A stretch of DNA of 64,000 nucleotides from Patescibacteria group bacterium (lineage in GTDB: Bacteria > Patescibacteriota > Patescibacteriia > UBA9934), in contig JBBTSM010000005.1 of NCBI GenBank assembly GCA_038064675.1, positions 4,686 through 68,685 of the forward strand, read 5' to 3'. The notes beneath the pieces were generated by a model that did not search any database, was not told the DNA's origin, and worked only from the letters and a program-made list of their open reading frames with translations. Both the position numbers and the translations under genes were made by a program. Below, in pieces: positions 27,147 through 37,361 of the stretch. Position 1 is the stretch's first letter, and each line of letters starts with the position of its first letter.

Positions 27147-28109
27147 ATGGATTCAAATGTTCGGAGAAGTGCGAATTCTATGGAGCTTCCAAAACACATC
27201 CACAAACTCTATCGCCACTGGCCTGATCATGTTGTGCGAGTTCATTCCTCAGAGAAACCTGATCTCGCCAACTTGCCGGTCGTAAAAGAGATTTGTAATT
27301 TTGCGCACGAGCGATTATCGATCTGGCAAAAGAAGATATCGAATGAGCCGATACCGTATACGAGAGATCCAATCTTGCAGAAGTATCGTTTCTGTAATGT
27401 CTTTCGTGAATTTGATAAACAAACGATCGCTTTTCACACATTGCTCAATCCTTTGCGGGACGATTTCGCGCTGTGGTTGTTGAACATGCTTTATTGTCGC
27501 ATGGTTGCGCGACCGGAAACGGTTGAGAGCGTTGGTTTGTTGTCGTTCGATCTTGAGGTCAATCGCGAACTCTACGATCGGCTTATGGCTTCATCGCGAC
27601 CTCGATACGGCACACCGTATGTGTTCCCGATCTCGACGATTCAAAAGAGCGCAACGCCGAATCGGGAGCGATTCATCTGTGAATATTTGCCTTCGATTAT
27701 GAAGTCGATCGCGAACGAAATCGAAACGTGGAGATCGATATCCGTAATTGATGGCGTTAAAGAGATTCTGCCGATGTTCGGATTCAACCTCAATTTTCTT
27801 TGGACCGAGGTCCTTATCGATGTTGCCTATCAATACCCCGAACGCATAGATCTCTTTGCCGCGTTCCCCATTGGTCCAGGATCGATCCCGACAATGCGCA
27901 TGGTTAATCGCACCGCGGACCCCGTCGATCTCGCCGTGAGGCTATCGTTGATTCCATTTGATCCGGGAATCACAATCGACGGCGTGCCGCTCCGATTGTC
28001 GGCGGAGAATTGGGAAGGAATTGGTTGCGAATTTCGAAAGTATACGAATTTGAAGAGTGGTCGCGGTCGCAAGCGTATCTATATGATGAAATCAAAAACG
28101 AGATCATGA
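27147..28109 (+). CDS. hypothetical protein (320 aa), no confidently recognised domain
   Basis: ATG start; conserved-looking block PYTRDPILQKYRFCNVFREFDKQTIAFHT; family not identified from sequence alone. Confidence 0.5.
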   Translation: MDSNVRRSANSMELPKHIHKLYRHWPDHVVRVHSSEKPDLANLPVVKEICNFAHERLSIWQKKISNEPIPYTRDPILQKYRFCNVFREFDKQTIAFHTLLNPLRDDFALWLLNMLYCRMVARPETVESVGLLSFDLEVNRELYDRLMASSRPRYGTPYVFPISTIQKSATPNRERFICEYLPSIMKSIANEIETWRSISVIDGVKEILPMFGFNLNFLWTEVLIDVAYQYPERIDLFAAFPIGPGSIPTMRMVNRTADPVDLAVRLSLIPFDPGITIDGVPLRLSAENWEGIGCEFRKYTNLKSGRGRKRIYMMKSKTRS

Positions 28110-28129
28110 CGATCTCGTTTTTGTGTGAA

Positions 28130-29419
28130 CTACTTCACCATTGCTGCCATGATGTGATCAACAACTGCACGATTTCTCATTTGGGATTCTACGAAGTCGC
28201 GGTATTCGGGTTCGTATACACGAGCGCGGTTCTCGTTGTCGTCGCCAAGGCGGTCGGCGATCACATCGAGCTCGGCATCGACGGCCTTTGCGTCAACGTC
28301 GATGTTCTCTTTTTTGCCGATTTCGCGAATGATGAGCGCGACCTTCACGCGGGTTAATGCGGTTGGGGTGAAGTCAAGTTTGGTTTCGGCGATGGTTTTC
28401 CCGATGGACTTGAGATAATCCTTCAGCTCCATGCCATTTTCGCCAACGGAGTGTTCAAGTTCACGAATCATGCGCTCGAGTTCCTGGTTTACGAGAATGT
28501 CGGGAATAACATCAAATTCAGATTTCTGTGCAAGGAGATCGAGACATTCGCGCTCTTGGCGACGACGTTCCTCAACAACGCTTTCTGCGGCGAGATTTTC
28601 TTTAAGCTTTTCCTCAAGCATCGATGCGCTTTCAAATCCGAGACGTTTTGCGAACTCCTCATCGATTTCTGGAGTTTCGATGGTAAAGATTTCGTTCAAA
28701 CGAACAGTGAAATCCACATCGTTATCTGCAAGGTGCTTTTGGTAGTGATCTTTTGGAAACTTCAGCGTGAATGATTTCTCTTCGCCTTCTGCAAGACCAA
28801 GAATCTGCGTGACGAAACCGTCGATGTAGTGCGCTTCGGTGGTGTATACGCCATGGTTCTGGCTTTCGCCGCCCTCAAGAACAACACCATCTTTCTTCAT
28901 TGTCAGGTTCACGACCGCCTTGTCGCCTTGCTCCAGTTTCTTTCCGGCTGTGGCACGGGTCTCCTTTGTTTGCATGCGAGCGAGATCTTTCTTTGCAGTG
29001 TCGATAATTTCCGGCGTTGGTTCCGTTGGCTTCCGTTCAACAGTGAGCTTTGTGTAGTCTGCGAGCTTTTTCACCTTCGGCATGAGCCCAATGTCGGCGC
29101 TGTAGATAAGGTCCTCGCCAGGAATCATCACGTCCATGGTGAAATGCGGTGCGCCAACGATGTCGAGATCTTCTTCGATGAGTGCCGATGCAAGCGATGC
29201 GCGAATGAGCTCCTCGGCGGCTTCTTCAAGGATTTTTATTTCCCCAACGCGCTGTTTCACCACCTCGTAGCTTGCGGCTCCTGGGCGGAATCCTGGGAAG
29301 TTCATCACGCGAGACAGTTCGTCTGCGGCAACGTGCATTGCAGCAAGGACTTTGTCTTTTGGAACAACGACAGTGATTTTGATCTGGTTATCGGCAACGT
29401 GTTCGATGGTGTGCGACAT
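28130..29419 (-). CDS. tig: trigger factor (ribosome-associated chaperone/PPIase)
   Basis: 429 aa; N-terminal ribosome-binding GFRPGAASYEVVKQR-type motif (trigger-factor signature), central FKBP-like, C-terminal arm. Confidence 0.9.
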   Translation of the reverse strand: MSHTIEHVADNQIKITVVVPKDKVLAAMHVAADELSRVMNFPGFRPGAASYEVVKQRVGEIKILEEAAEELIRASLASALIEEDLDIVGAPHFTMDVMIPGEDLIYSADIGLMPKVKKLADYTKLTVERKPTEPTPEIIDTAKKDLARMQTKETRATAGKKLEQGDKAVVNLTMKKDGVVLEGGESQNHGVYTTEAHYIDGFVTQILGLAEGEEKSFTLKFPKDHYQKHLADNDVDFTVRLNEIFTIETPEIDEEFAKRLGFESASMLEEKLKENLAAESVVEERRRQERECLDLLAQKSEFDVIPDILVNQELERMIRELEHSVGENGMELKDYLKSIGKTIAETKLDFTPTALTRVKVALIIREIGKKENIDVDAKAVDAELDVIADRLGDDNENRARVYEPEYRDFVESQMRNRAVVDHIMAAMVK

Positions 29420-29547
29420 AGGGAAAGCAGATGAAGTTTGAGTAGTATATCCGTCGTGGAATTGGCGTCAATAATCCTGCGAAGGTTAGCCAAGAAGTAG
29501 GAGTTTTTATTGTAACAACCCCAGGGAATTGCTATGCTGGGATTGCT

Positions 29548-30933
29548 GTGAGCACCTCTTTTTCTCGTTTTATTGTCCGAGCAGGTCTCGTTGTTGTTCG
29601 CTTGCTTCTTGCGGCGAAGGCGATCCTTTTTCGTTTTGCGCGACTCCTTGTTGTTGCGGCGCGTCCACTAACAAAGGGCATCCTGTCGCTGATTTTCGTT
29701 CCGGTATACCGCGCAGGTTTTGCATCTCGTCGGCATATTGTGCACTGGTATCGGCCAGCAAAGAGCCGGTTTATGTTTTTTGTGACGAATCGCGCCATGA
29801 TGCATGTGGCGATTCTTAGTGTGGTTGGTGGAACGGTTGCAATCAATCTTGGTATGGACGCGGTGCGCGCCGAGACGCTCGATGCGTTCAATAAGAGTTT
29901 GGCGTATGCCGTCATTACCCAGGAGGAATCCCCGGTCGTTGAAGAATACGCCGATATGGACATAGCGGCCCTTCGAAGCGACGCGACGAGCTACCTTTCT
30001 GAAGGCTCACTTTCCCCTGTGCTTGGCGCTTCAGATGGTCAGGACTCCATGTTTGTAAATACAGCGTCGCTTGCGGGTGGCGGCGCGCTTGCGGTGCCGG
30101 TGCTTTCTGGTTCGAGCGCCAGTGTTGCGCCCCGTGATGGCATCGAGACATATGTTGTCGCTGAGGGCGACATGCTTTCGACTGTTGCTGCGCGATTTGG
30201 TATCTCTGTGAATACCGTGCTTTGGGCGAATAATTTAAGCGTGAAGAGCGTGCTGAAACCCGGGCAGTCGTTGACGATACTGCCGGCGTCTGGCGTAGTG
30301 CACACGGTGAAGAGTGGCGACACGCTCATCAAGATTGCGAGCACATACAATAGCGACGCGACGAATATTCTGAGTGTAAACAAGCTTGCCGATTCGAGCG
30401 CAATCACCGTCGGGCAAAAATTGATAATTCCCGGTGGCACGCCGCCAACACCAGCACCCGTGAAGCGCCCAACATCCGTTGCGTCTATTTTTTCTCCAGC
30501 ACCAAACAAGACTGGCACCGCAGTCTCAGGCAGCTCGCGTATGATTTGGCCTTCAGATGGCCATGGTATTGTTCGTGGTTTGAGTTGGTTCCACACCGGT
30601 GTCGACATTGATTGCAATGGACATGCAAACGGAACCTCGACCGATGATAACTATGCTGCGGCCGACGGTATTGTGACGTTTGCTGGGCCGCGCTTTAGTG
30701 GGTATGCCGGTGGCTACGGAAACCTCGTGATCATCGATCATGGCAATGGTCTTTCAACGCGATACGGTCACAACTACTCGATCTACGTGAAGTCTGGGCA
30801 GCAGGTTACCGCAGGGACTCCAATTGCTCGCTGTGGATCGACGGGAAATTCGTCGGGAACGCATTTGCACTTTGAAGTTATTGGCTCAAACGGATCAAAG
30901 GATTACCGCAATCCATTAGAATACATCCGCTAA
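29548..30933 (+). CDS. LysM-domain M23 family metallopeptidase
   Basis: two LysM repeats (YVVAEGDMLSTVAARFGISVNTVLWAN; HTVKSGDTLIKIASTYNSDATNIL) and M23 motifs HTGVDID...IDHGNGLSTRYGH...GTHLHFEV; N-terminus/start uncertain (non-ATG at 29548). Confidence 0.8.
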   Translation: MSTSFSRFIVRAGLVVVRLLLAAKAILFRFARLLVVAARPLTKGILSLIFVPVYRAGFASRRHIVHWYRPAKSRFMFFVTNRAMMHVAILSVVGGTVAINLGMDAVRAETLDAFNKSLAYAVITQEESPVVEEYADMDIAALRSDATSYLSEGSLSPVLGASDGQDSMFVNTASLAGGGALAVPVLSGSSASVAPRDGIETYVVAEGDMLSTVAARFGISVNTVLWANNLSVKSVLKPGQSLTILPASGVVHTVKSGDTLIKIASTYNSDATNILSVNKLADSSAITVGQKLIIPGGTPPTPAPVKRPTSVASIFSPAPNKTGTAVSGSSRMIWPSDGHGIVRGLSWFHTGVDIDCNGHANGTSTDDNYAAADGIVTFAGPRFSGYAGGYGNLVIIDHGNGLSTRYGHNYSIYVKSGQQVTAGTPIARCGSTGNSSGTHLHFEVIGSNGSKDYRNPLEYIR

Positions 30934-32456
30934 GCATTTCGGATGCGATACTGTAGCGCCTCGGCAAGATGTGCGGCGGATATCGTTTCTTCCCGTGCGA
31001 GATCAGCGATCGTGCGTGCAACTTTGAGAATTCGTCCGTATGACCGAGCAGACATATGGAGCCGATCAACTGCGGATTTTAGGAGCGCTACGCCGTCGTT
31101 TGTGAGTGTGCACCATTTTTTCATGAGCGACGGTTTAAGTTCCGCGTTCGTGAATATGCCGAACGATGCATAGCGTTCTTGTGTAAGATTTCGTACAGCA
31201 GTCACTCGTTCGCGGATGGCGGTAGACGATTCGCTCGGCGTGGCAGAAGAGAGATCATCGAAGGCGACGCGTGGGACTTCAACCCGAAGATCGATTCTGT
31301 CCAGGAGCGGCCCGGAGATTTTTTGTTGATACTTGAGAATGTTTCCCGGCGTACACGTGCATGCGATACCCGGATCGCTAATAAATCCACACGGGCAGGG
31401 GTTCATCGACGCAACGAGCATGAATCGTGCGGGGAACGTGACACTTCCAGATGCTCGAGACACGGCGATAGTGCCATCTTCGAGCGGTTGGCGAAGATTT
31501 TCGAGGACCGCTCGTGAAAATTCTGGGAATTCGTCCAGAAAGAGCACGCCACGATGGGCAAGAGAAATTTCTCCAGGCCGCGGTTGCGTGCCACCGCCAA
31601 CGAGCGCAATGCCACTGCTAGTGTGGTGCGGTGCTCGGAACGGGCGAACGGTGATGCGGCGGCCGTGAAGAAGTCCCGCGATGGAATGGATGGACGTGAT
31701 CTCGATCGACTCATCGACTGTTGGTGGCGGGAGAAGCGTCGCGAACGCGCGAGCGAGCATGGTTTTTCCGCTTCCCGGCGGGCCAGAAAGGAGAATATTG
31801 TGTCCGCCGGCTGCAGCGATTTCTAATGCGCGTTTTGCGTGGAGCTGCCCAGCGATGAGCGCGAAATCGTCACCATGATCGGTTGAGGGCGAAGTTGAGG
31901 GTGTTTCGATTTCGGCAGGCGCGAGCAACGGTCGCCACTTCCCTGTTTCAATCTGATCAATGCAGTCTTTTAACGATCGTGCGGACGACACATGAAGCGG
32001 TTCAACGAGCCGTGCCTCGTTGATGTTCTCCTCCGCGACAAGCACGCCGGAATACCCTTCTCGTTTTGCCATGCTCGACGCCAGAAGCACGCCACGAGCA
32101 GGCCGAATGGTTCCATCCAGACTTAGCTCGCCGATGACGACGGTGCGTTCAAGGAGTTTTGAGTCAACAATTGTTCCTTGTGCGCCCAGGATCGCAAGCG
32201 CGATGGCGAGGTCGTAGAGCGGGCCTTGTTTGCGCGTATCTGCTGGTGCGAGGTTGATGGTGACGTTTGTGCGAGGAAACGGGAACCCTGAATTTTTAAT
32301 TGCTGCACGAACACGATCTTTTGCTTCGCTTACTGCGGCATCGGGGAGGCCGACGATTTGGAAACGAGGAAGTCCAGATGAAACATCTGCCTCAACTGTG
32401 ACGGGGGTTGCAGACAAACCGAATAACGCTGCGGAACATACGCGAAATGACGCCAT
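30930..32456 (-). CDS. comM: Mg-chelatase-like AAA+ protein YifB/ComM
   Basis: 508 aa; N-terminal Lon-like domain, Walker A LLSGPPGSGKTM, VLFLDEFPEF, C-terminal Mg_chelatase_C. Confidence 0.85.
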   Translation of the reverse strand: MASFRVCSAALFGLSATPVTVEADVSSGLPRFQIVGLPDAAVSEAKDRVRAAIKNSGFPFPRTNVTINLAPADTRKQGPLYDLAIALAILGAQGTIVDSKLLERTVVIGELSLDGTIRPARGVLLASSMAKREGYSGVLVAEENINEARLVEPLHVSSARSLKDCIDQIETGKWRPLLAPAEIETPSTSPSTDHGDDFALIAGQLHAKRALEIAAAGGHNILLSGPPGSGKTMLARAFATLLPPPTVDESIEITSIHSIAGLLHGRRITVRPFRAPHHTSSGIALVGGGTQPRPGEISLAHRGVLFLDEFPEFSRAVLENLRQPLEDGTIAVSRASGSVTFPARFMLVASMNPCPCGFISDPGIACTCTPGNILKYQQKISGPLLDRIDLRVEVPRVAFDDLSSATPSESSTAIRERVTAVRNLTQERYASFGIFTNAELKPSLMKKWCTLTNDGVALLKSAVDRLHMSARSYGRILKVARTIADLAREETISAAHLAEALQYRIRNA

Positions 32457-32949
32457 ACTTTGGCGGGGACGGCTGAATAAAGTTGCGCAGCGCGTGGGGA
32501 TTGTGTCGAGTGTACCAAAAGATACTCGCGACGCCTAGGACGATAAGCACATCGGATCCGTTAATGATCGATGTGCTGAAGAACATGAGATAGTCCGTTG
32601 TGAATCCGTGGACGATGCGATCGACAAGGTTATTTGTTGCGCCGGCGATGACAGCAATCGCGCTGAGTGTCACGGCGGAATCGGACGAATACGACGCCGA
32701 TGCGCGATCGATGAGAAAGAGAAGAATGCCGACGGTCACGAACGCGACGATGGAGATCGGAACCGGAATATCAAACGTTATTCCGGGATTACGGTGAAGA
32801 AAGAAGTCGACGAATGGGATGATGTGCGTTGAATGACCATCCATGAATCGCTCGATTGCGAATGTCTTCGTCGCCCAATCGATTAGGCTCAAAGCGAGGA
32901 TTCCGATCGTCCCGACGATAAAAATTCCCTTTCGCATAAAACCAAACAT
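32392..32949 (-). CDS. lspA: lipoprotein signal peptidase II
   Basis: four TM helices, conserved FNIAD-like/ NxGxxF motifs (ATNNLVDRIVHGFTTDYLMF); start at ATG 32949; 3' end overlaps comM start by 65 nt. Confidence 0.7.
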   Translation of the reverse strand: MFGFMRKGIFIVGTIGILALSLIDWATKTFAIERFMDGHSTHIIPFVDFFLHRNPGITFDIPVPISIVAFVTVGILLFLIDRASASYSSDSAVTLSAIAVIAGATNNLVDRIVHGFTTDYLMFFSTSIINGSDVLIVLGVASIFWYTRHNPHALRNFIQPSPPKYGVISRMFRSVIRFVCNPRHS

Positions 32950-32972
32950 CGAGCCGAAGCTCGATGTGGATG

Positions 32973-33341
32973 TTACATTTCTTGGGTAAGCGTCTTTTTG
33001 CAGGCAACGCACGATGTGGACGTGGGGCGAACTTGGAGGCGTGCCTCGTCGATAAGCTGTTTGCAATACTTACATGTGCCGTATGTTTCTGCAGCGATTG
33101 CCTTCAATGCGCTGTCGATGTCGCGAAGTGCGGAAGAGAGCTCATTCTCCAGGGAAAGATTGTCGCCAATTTCTGCAGCCTTATCGGCGCTTTCGTCTTC
33201 CTTGTCGCCAAGGGTGTTGTAGTCGGCATCAAAAGCGTCGCCTGCAGCAACATGTGGTGAAACACGAACAAGTTCAGCAACGAGCTTTTCGCGCTCGGCG
33301 CGAAGGCGGGCTTCCATTTCTGCGAGGAATGCTTTTTTCAT
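32973..33341 (-). CDS. DksA/TraR-family C4 zinc-finger protein
   Basis: 122 aa; coiled-coil N-term, C-terminal CKYC...CVAC four-Cys finger; ATG 33339-33341. Confidence 0.65.
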   Translation of the reverse strand: MKKAFLAEMEARLRAEREKLVAELVRVSPHVAAGDAFDADYNTLGDKEDESADKAAEIGDNLSLENELSSALRDIDSALKAIAAETYGTCKYCKQLIDEARLQVRPTSTSCVACKKTLTQEM

Positions 33342-33797
33342 ACAGATATTGGTCAGAGAGCGAAACGTAAGGCTCTCGCTAGGTTTCATTGAGGATAGAG
33401 AAAGAGACGAGAAATAGCAAGAGGGCGTCTTTCGGGCTGTGAACAGTGCGACAAGGCAGAGTTTCGTCCCGGGCGCGCCCTCAAGAGAACGGACCATCGA
33501 GATTCAGCCTACAGTGGGGCATTGGATTCTTGCGGCCACACCAGAAGGTGATCGCTAGAACTCAATACCACACGGACATTATGCGATGGGTGTTCCAATA
33601 TACGAATCTGCTCTACTGGTGTGTGGGCTGGCATGGTTTCAGCGTACATTCCTGTTTCAATCCATGGGCGCCCTAATGCTTTTGCACTCCGTACAGCAGT
33701 GAGGTGTTTTTCGAAACGAGTTTGTGGGGGTTTCGGGAAACGACCTCCCAAGTGGCAAAGGAATTGTAGAAGGAACTATGAAAACTATATCACGAAA

Positions 33798-35033
33798 TTA
33801 TTCATCGATGCAGATACGCGTTGTTGAAAGTGTACTTGCGACTTCGCTTGCGCGCCACAAAAGGTTTGAAAGTGACGATGTTTGATAGAACGTGTTGGAT
33901 TCCATCGACGAGAATAGTTTTTTTGGTTGCGCAAATGCGATTGTGTCAGAAAGGCACGAGGCTTCGCGAGCGTGTGGTGTATTGGTATCTTGAACGTGAT
34001 TGCTTACCGTGAGGAGCGTTGGTATCTGTGTGATGTATATTGTGCCATACGACGATGTTGCGGTGACAAACCGATACGGTGCGTCATCTCGTACCAAAAC
34101 GCTTGCCTCTTCTCGAGACCGAAGCGTGGTTGTTCTGCTCCCGTCGTCCAGGAATGTAGTAATACCATCAATCGTTGGAACCTCCACAAGCTCTTTTGCT
34201 ATGTGTGTTAAAGAATCCTCGTTTGCGAAGAGCTGTGTTTCAGCGGTGAGCGGAAGTGCGAGAGTGTAGGAGGCTATATCGCCATTCAGGCTGATATGCG
34301 CAGAGACGCCATTTTGTGCGGCAAGCAGGAAAAGCGAAGAAAACCCCGGGGTATTTTGCGTAAAGGCTCGCGGTAGAAGTGCGGAAATATCCGCGGCAGG
34401 AATGTCTACAGCAAGAACCGTATTCGCGGTGACGGGTTCATCGATATTTGGCGCAGCAAGGAACGCTGTTCCGCGAAGAGTGATTTTTCCTGGCTCGATC
34501 GATATGTCTGTTCTGCGATCGTTTAGGGTTAGAACGGCAGAATTCCCAGAAAGTAGTGCCGGGAAAATGTTTTGAAAAACGCTTTGGCTAACTGGAGTTG
34601 CGGTGAGCCGGTCCGAAATAATCGTTAGACCGTTTTCTCGAGAGACGCCTGCACCGAACGATGCTATTGCTGTTGCTTCGGAATCGCTGAACTCGCGATC
34701 GAGTATCAGTGTGACACCCCCATCGGGAGCAAACCACACATTCAATGTTCGGTTCGTGCTGTTCAGTGCATCGGCGAGCGAGAGCGGAACGCCGGGGACG
34801 ACGTTCATTCCTTTTGTGAGTGATCGAAGATTGGCGATGGTGCTGTCGTTACGTGGAATACGTATTGCAACGGCATCGGCCGGCGGAATAACCGAGCTGA
34901 ACTCGAATGCAATCCGATGAATCCCAGTAACAATACTCCACGCTCCGAAAATGATCCCAACAACGCGCAACACCCGCCAGAATTTCTGGCGGGTGGGGTT
35001 GGCACTCATGGGAATGTTGAGCGCAAGTTCCAT
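33798..35033 (-). CDS. hypothetical membrane-anchored protein (411 aa)
   Basis: N-terminal TM VLRVVGIIFGAWSIVTGI, rest extracytoplasmic-looking; 4-nt overlap with pnp. Confidence 0.5.
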   Translation of the reverse strand: MELALNIPMSANPTRQKFWRVLRVVGIIFGAWSIVTGIHRIAFEFSSVIPPADAVAIRIPRNDSTIANLRSLTKGMNVVPGVPLSLADALNSTNRTLNVWFAPDGGVTLILDREFSDSEATAIASFGAGVSRENGLTIISDRLTATPVSQSVFQNIFPALLSGNSAVLTLNDRRTDISIEPGKITLRGTAFLAAPNIDEPVTANTVLAVDIPAADISALLPRAFTQNTPGFSSLFLLAAQNGVSAHISLNGDIASYTLALPLTAETQLFANEDSLTHIAKELVEVPTIDGITTFLDDGSRTTTLRSREEASVLVRDDAPYRFVTATSSYGTIYITQIPTLLTVSNHVQDTNTPHAREASCLSDTIAFAQPKKLFSSMESNTFYQTSSLSNLLWRASEVASTLSTTRICIDE

Positions 35034-35035
35034 GA

Positions 35036-37225
35036 CTAGTGGCTACGTGGCTTCGGTGCAGAGGTGGATGCCTTTGCGCGCATTTCGTCAGTATACACGT
35101 TGCCTTCCGCCTTTTTCATGGAGAGGTTGATGCGGCCCTTTTCATCGATTTCATTCACGACGACCTTCACCTTATCGCCAACATTCACAATATCGGTGAC
35201 TTTTTCTACGCGCCACGGCGCAAGTTCGGATACGTGTACCATACCGTCTTTTCCTGGGAGAATTTGGATGAATGCACCGAAGTCCATCAGGCGAACGACT
35301 TCCCCATCGAATGTTTCGCCAACTTTTACTTCGCGAGTGAGGTTTGACACCCAATCAAATGCTGCCTTTCCGCTTTCGCCGTTCACGGCAGTGATCATCA
35401 CAAGGCCGTCGTCTTCAATATCGATTGCGGTAACACCGGTTTTCGCGATAATTTCGTTGATGGTTTTTCCTCCGCTACCAATGACAACGCGGATGAGATC
35501 TGGATTGATACGAAGTTTCAAGATGCGTGGAGCGGTTGGGGAAAGCTCGGCACGCGGAGCGGCGATTGCGCTCTTCATGACATCGAGAATCTGTAATCGT
35601 GCCACACGAGCACCGGTAATCGCTTCAACAACAACTTCGCGTGGAAGCCCGTCGGTTTTCGTGTCGAGCTGAATGGCGGTGATTCCCTTCTCGGTTCCGG
35701 TCACCTTGAAGTCCATGCCACCTTCGCCATCTTCAAGGTCTTGAAGATCAGTAATTACGCGATATCGCTTGCCGTCGCTTGCAAGGCCCATGGCTACGCC
35801 AGCAACTGGTGCAGTAATCGGAACTCCGGCATCCATAAGTGCCAAGCTTGTTCCACACGTTGAGCCCATAGAGCTCGATCCGTTCGATCCGAGGACTTCG
35901 GACACGACGCGAATGGAATATGGAAAGTCTTCAAGCTTTGGAAGAACTGGCTCAATGGCCTTTTCAGCGAGTGCGCCATGACCAATCTCGCGACGACCGG
36001 CGCCACGGAGCGGCTTTGCTTCGCCAACCGAGAACGGTGGGAAGTTGTAGTGATGCATGAAGCTCTTTTCGCCTACCAACTCCATGCCGTCGAGCGTTTG
36101 CTTGTCGCCAGGAGCGCCGAGTGTGGTGATTGAGAGCACCTGTGTTTCACCGCGCATGAAGTGACCACTTCCATGAACACATGGAAGAACGCCAACCTCG
36201 GAAACGATCGTACGCACTTCGTTGATTGCGCGACCGTCCACGCGCTTGCCGTCGTCGAGGATTAATCGGGTAATTTCAGAATCGATAAATGGATATAGTG
36301 CAGACTTCGCGATCGCGATATCGGCATCTTCCATCCCTTCTGCTTTACACGTCTCAACTAAGCGCTTCTTCATCGTATCTTTTGCAACCGCGCGCTCGGT
36401 CTTTGTTGCCTTCGGAGCGTCGAGGAACAGTTCCTGCATCAATGGCTTCATGATGGCATTTACACGAGCAGTGATCTCTGTTTTTCGTGCAACTGCGGCG
36501 CGCTGCTCGTCGTTCTTTGGGGTGAAGAGATCTATCTTTGTCTTTCCAACTTCGGAACGAATCTTTTCGATGAATGCGATAACTGGACCAAGAGACTCCT
36601 GGCCGAATTGAATTGCAGCAAGAACATCTGCTTCTGGCGTTTGCATTGCGTTTGCTTCCATCATGATGAGCTTCTCTGGTGTTCCGGCAACATCGATATC
36701 GAAGTTTGCGGTTTCGCGCTGTGCGTATGTTCCGTTGATGATGAGCTTGCCCTCAACATCGTTTACGCGAGCTGAAGCGATCGGACCGTTCCATGGAATG
36801 TCAGAAATGTGCAGCGCGAGCGAAGCGCCGATGAGCGCTGGAATGTCGGCGTCATTCTCGCCGTCGAATGCGAGGACAGAGAGAATCACCTGAACGTCGT
36901 TCTCAATGCGGGCATCAAACAAGGGGCGAATCGCACGGTCGATGAAGCGCGCAACAAGTACAGCTTCGTCGGTTGGGCGACCTTCGCGTTTGATGAAGCG
37001 CGATCCTTTAATGCGACCGGCGGCGTAGAGCTTCTCTTCAAAGTCCACCATGAGCGGGAAATACCCCATTCCTGGACGAGCTTCTTTGCTCATGACTGCC
37101 GTTGCGAGTACCACGGTGTTTCCGTATTGCACGGTACAGCTTCCGTTTGCAGCCTTTGCGTACTTCCCGACCTGAACCTTGAGTGTCTTTCCTCCAATTT
37201 CCATCTGAAATGTTGGCGTTTCCAT
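35036..37225 (-). CDS. pnp: polynucleotide phosphorylase
   Basis: two RNase PH domains, KH (VIGSGGKTINEI) and S1 (GETFDGEVVRLMDFGAFIQI) domains; start METPTFQMEIGGK at 37225. Confidence 0.9.
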   Translation of the reverse strand: METPTFQMEIGGKTLKVQVGKYAKAANGSCTVQYGNTVVLATAVMSKEARPGMGYFPLMVDFEEKLYAAGRIKGSRFIKREGRPTDEAVLVARFIDRAIRPLFDARIENDVQVILSVLAFDGENDADIPALIGASLALHISDIPWNGPIASARVNDVEGKLIINGTYAQRETANFDIDVAGTPEKLIMMEANAMQTPEADVLAAIQFGQESLGPVIAFIEKIRSEVGKTKIDLFTPKNDEQRAAVARKTEITARVNAIMKPLMQELFLDAPKATKTERAVAKDTMKKRLVETCKAEGMEDADIAIAKSALYPFIDSEITRLILDDGKRVDGRAINEVRTIVSEVGVLPCVHGSGHFMRGETQVLSITTLGAPGDKQTLDGMELVGEKSFMHHYNFPPFSVGEAKPLRGAGRREIGHGALAEKAIEPVLPKLEDFPYSIRVVSEVLGSNGSSSMGSTCGTSLALMDAGVPITAPVAGVAMGLASDGKRYRVITDLQDLEDGEGGMDFKVTGTEKGITAIQLDTKTDGLPREVVVEAITGARVARLQILDVMKSAIAAPRAELSPTAPRILKLRINPDLIRVVIGSGGKTINEIIAKTGVTAIDIEDDGLVMITAVNGESGKAAFDWVSNLTREVKVGETFDGEVVRLMDFGAFIQILPGKDGMVHVSELAPWRVEKVTDIVNVGDKVKVVVNEIDEKGRINLSMKKAEGNVYTDEMRAKASTSAPKPRSH

Positions 37226-37361
37226 AGTGATGATTGTGAGTACAGCACAAGACAAAAGGACTCGATCGCGCCGTGGCGATGAAGTGCTCGATGTCCGATG
37301 CTGAGACTCGATTATGAATGAGTGATGTTTGCGGTCGAGAGGTTTTTCTCGACCGCATCGA

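Noticed and set aside
32392-32456. 65-nt overlap between lspA 3' end and comM 5' end as a regulatory feature
   Set aside because: Most likely just compact gene packing or a slightly later true comM start. There is no independent evidence.
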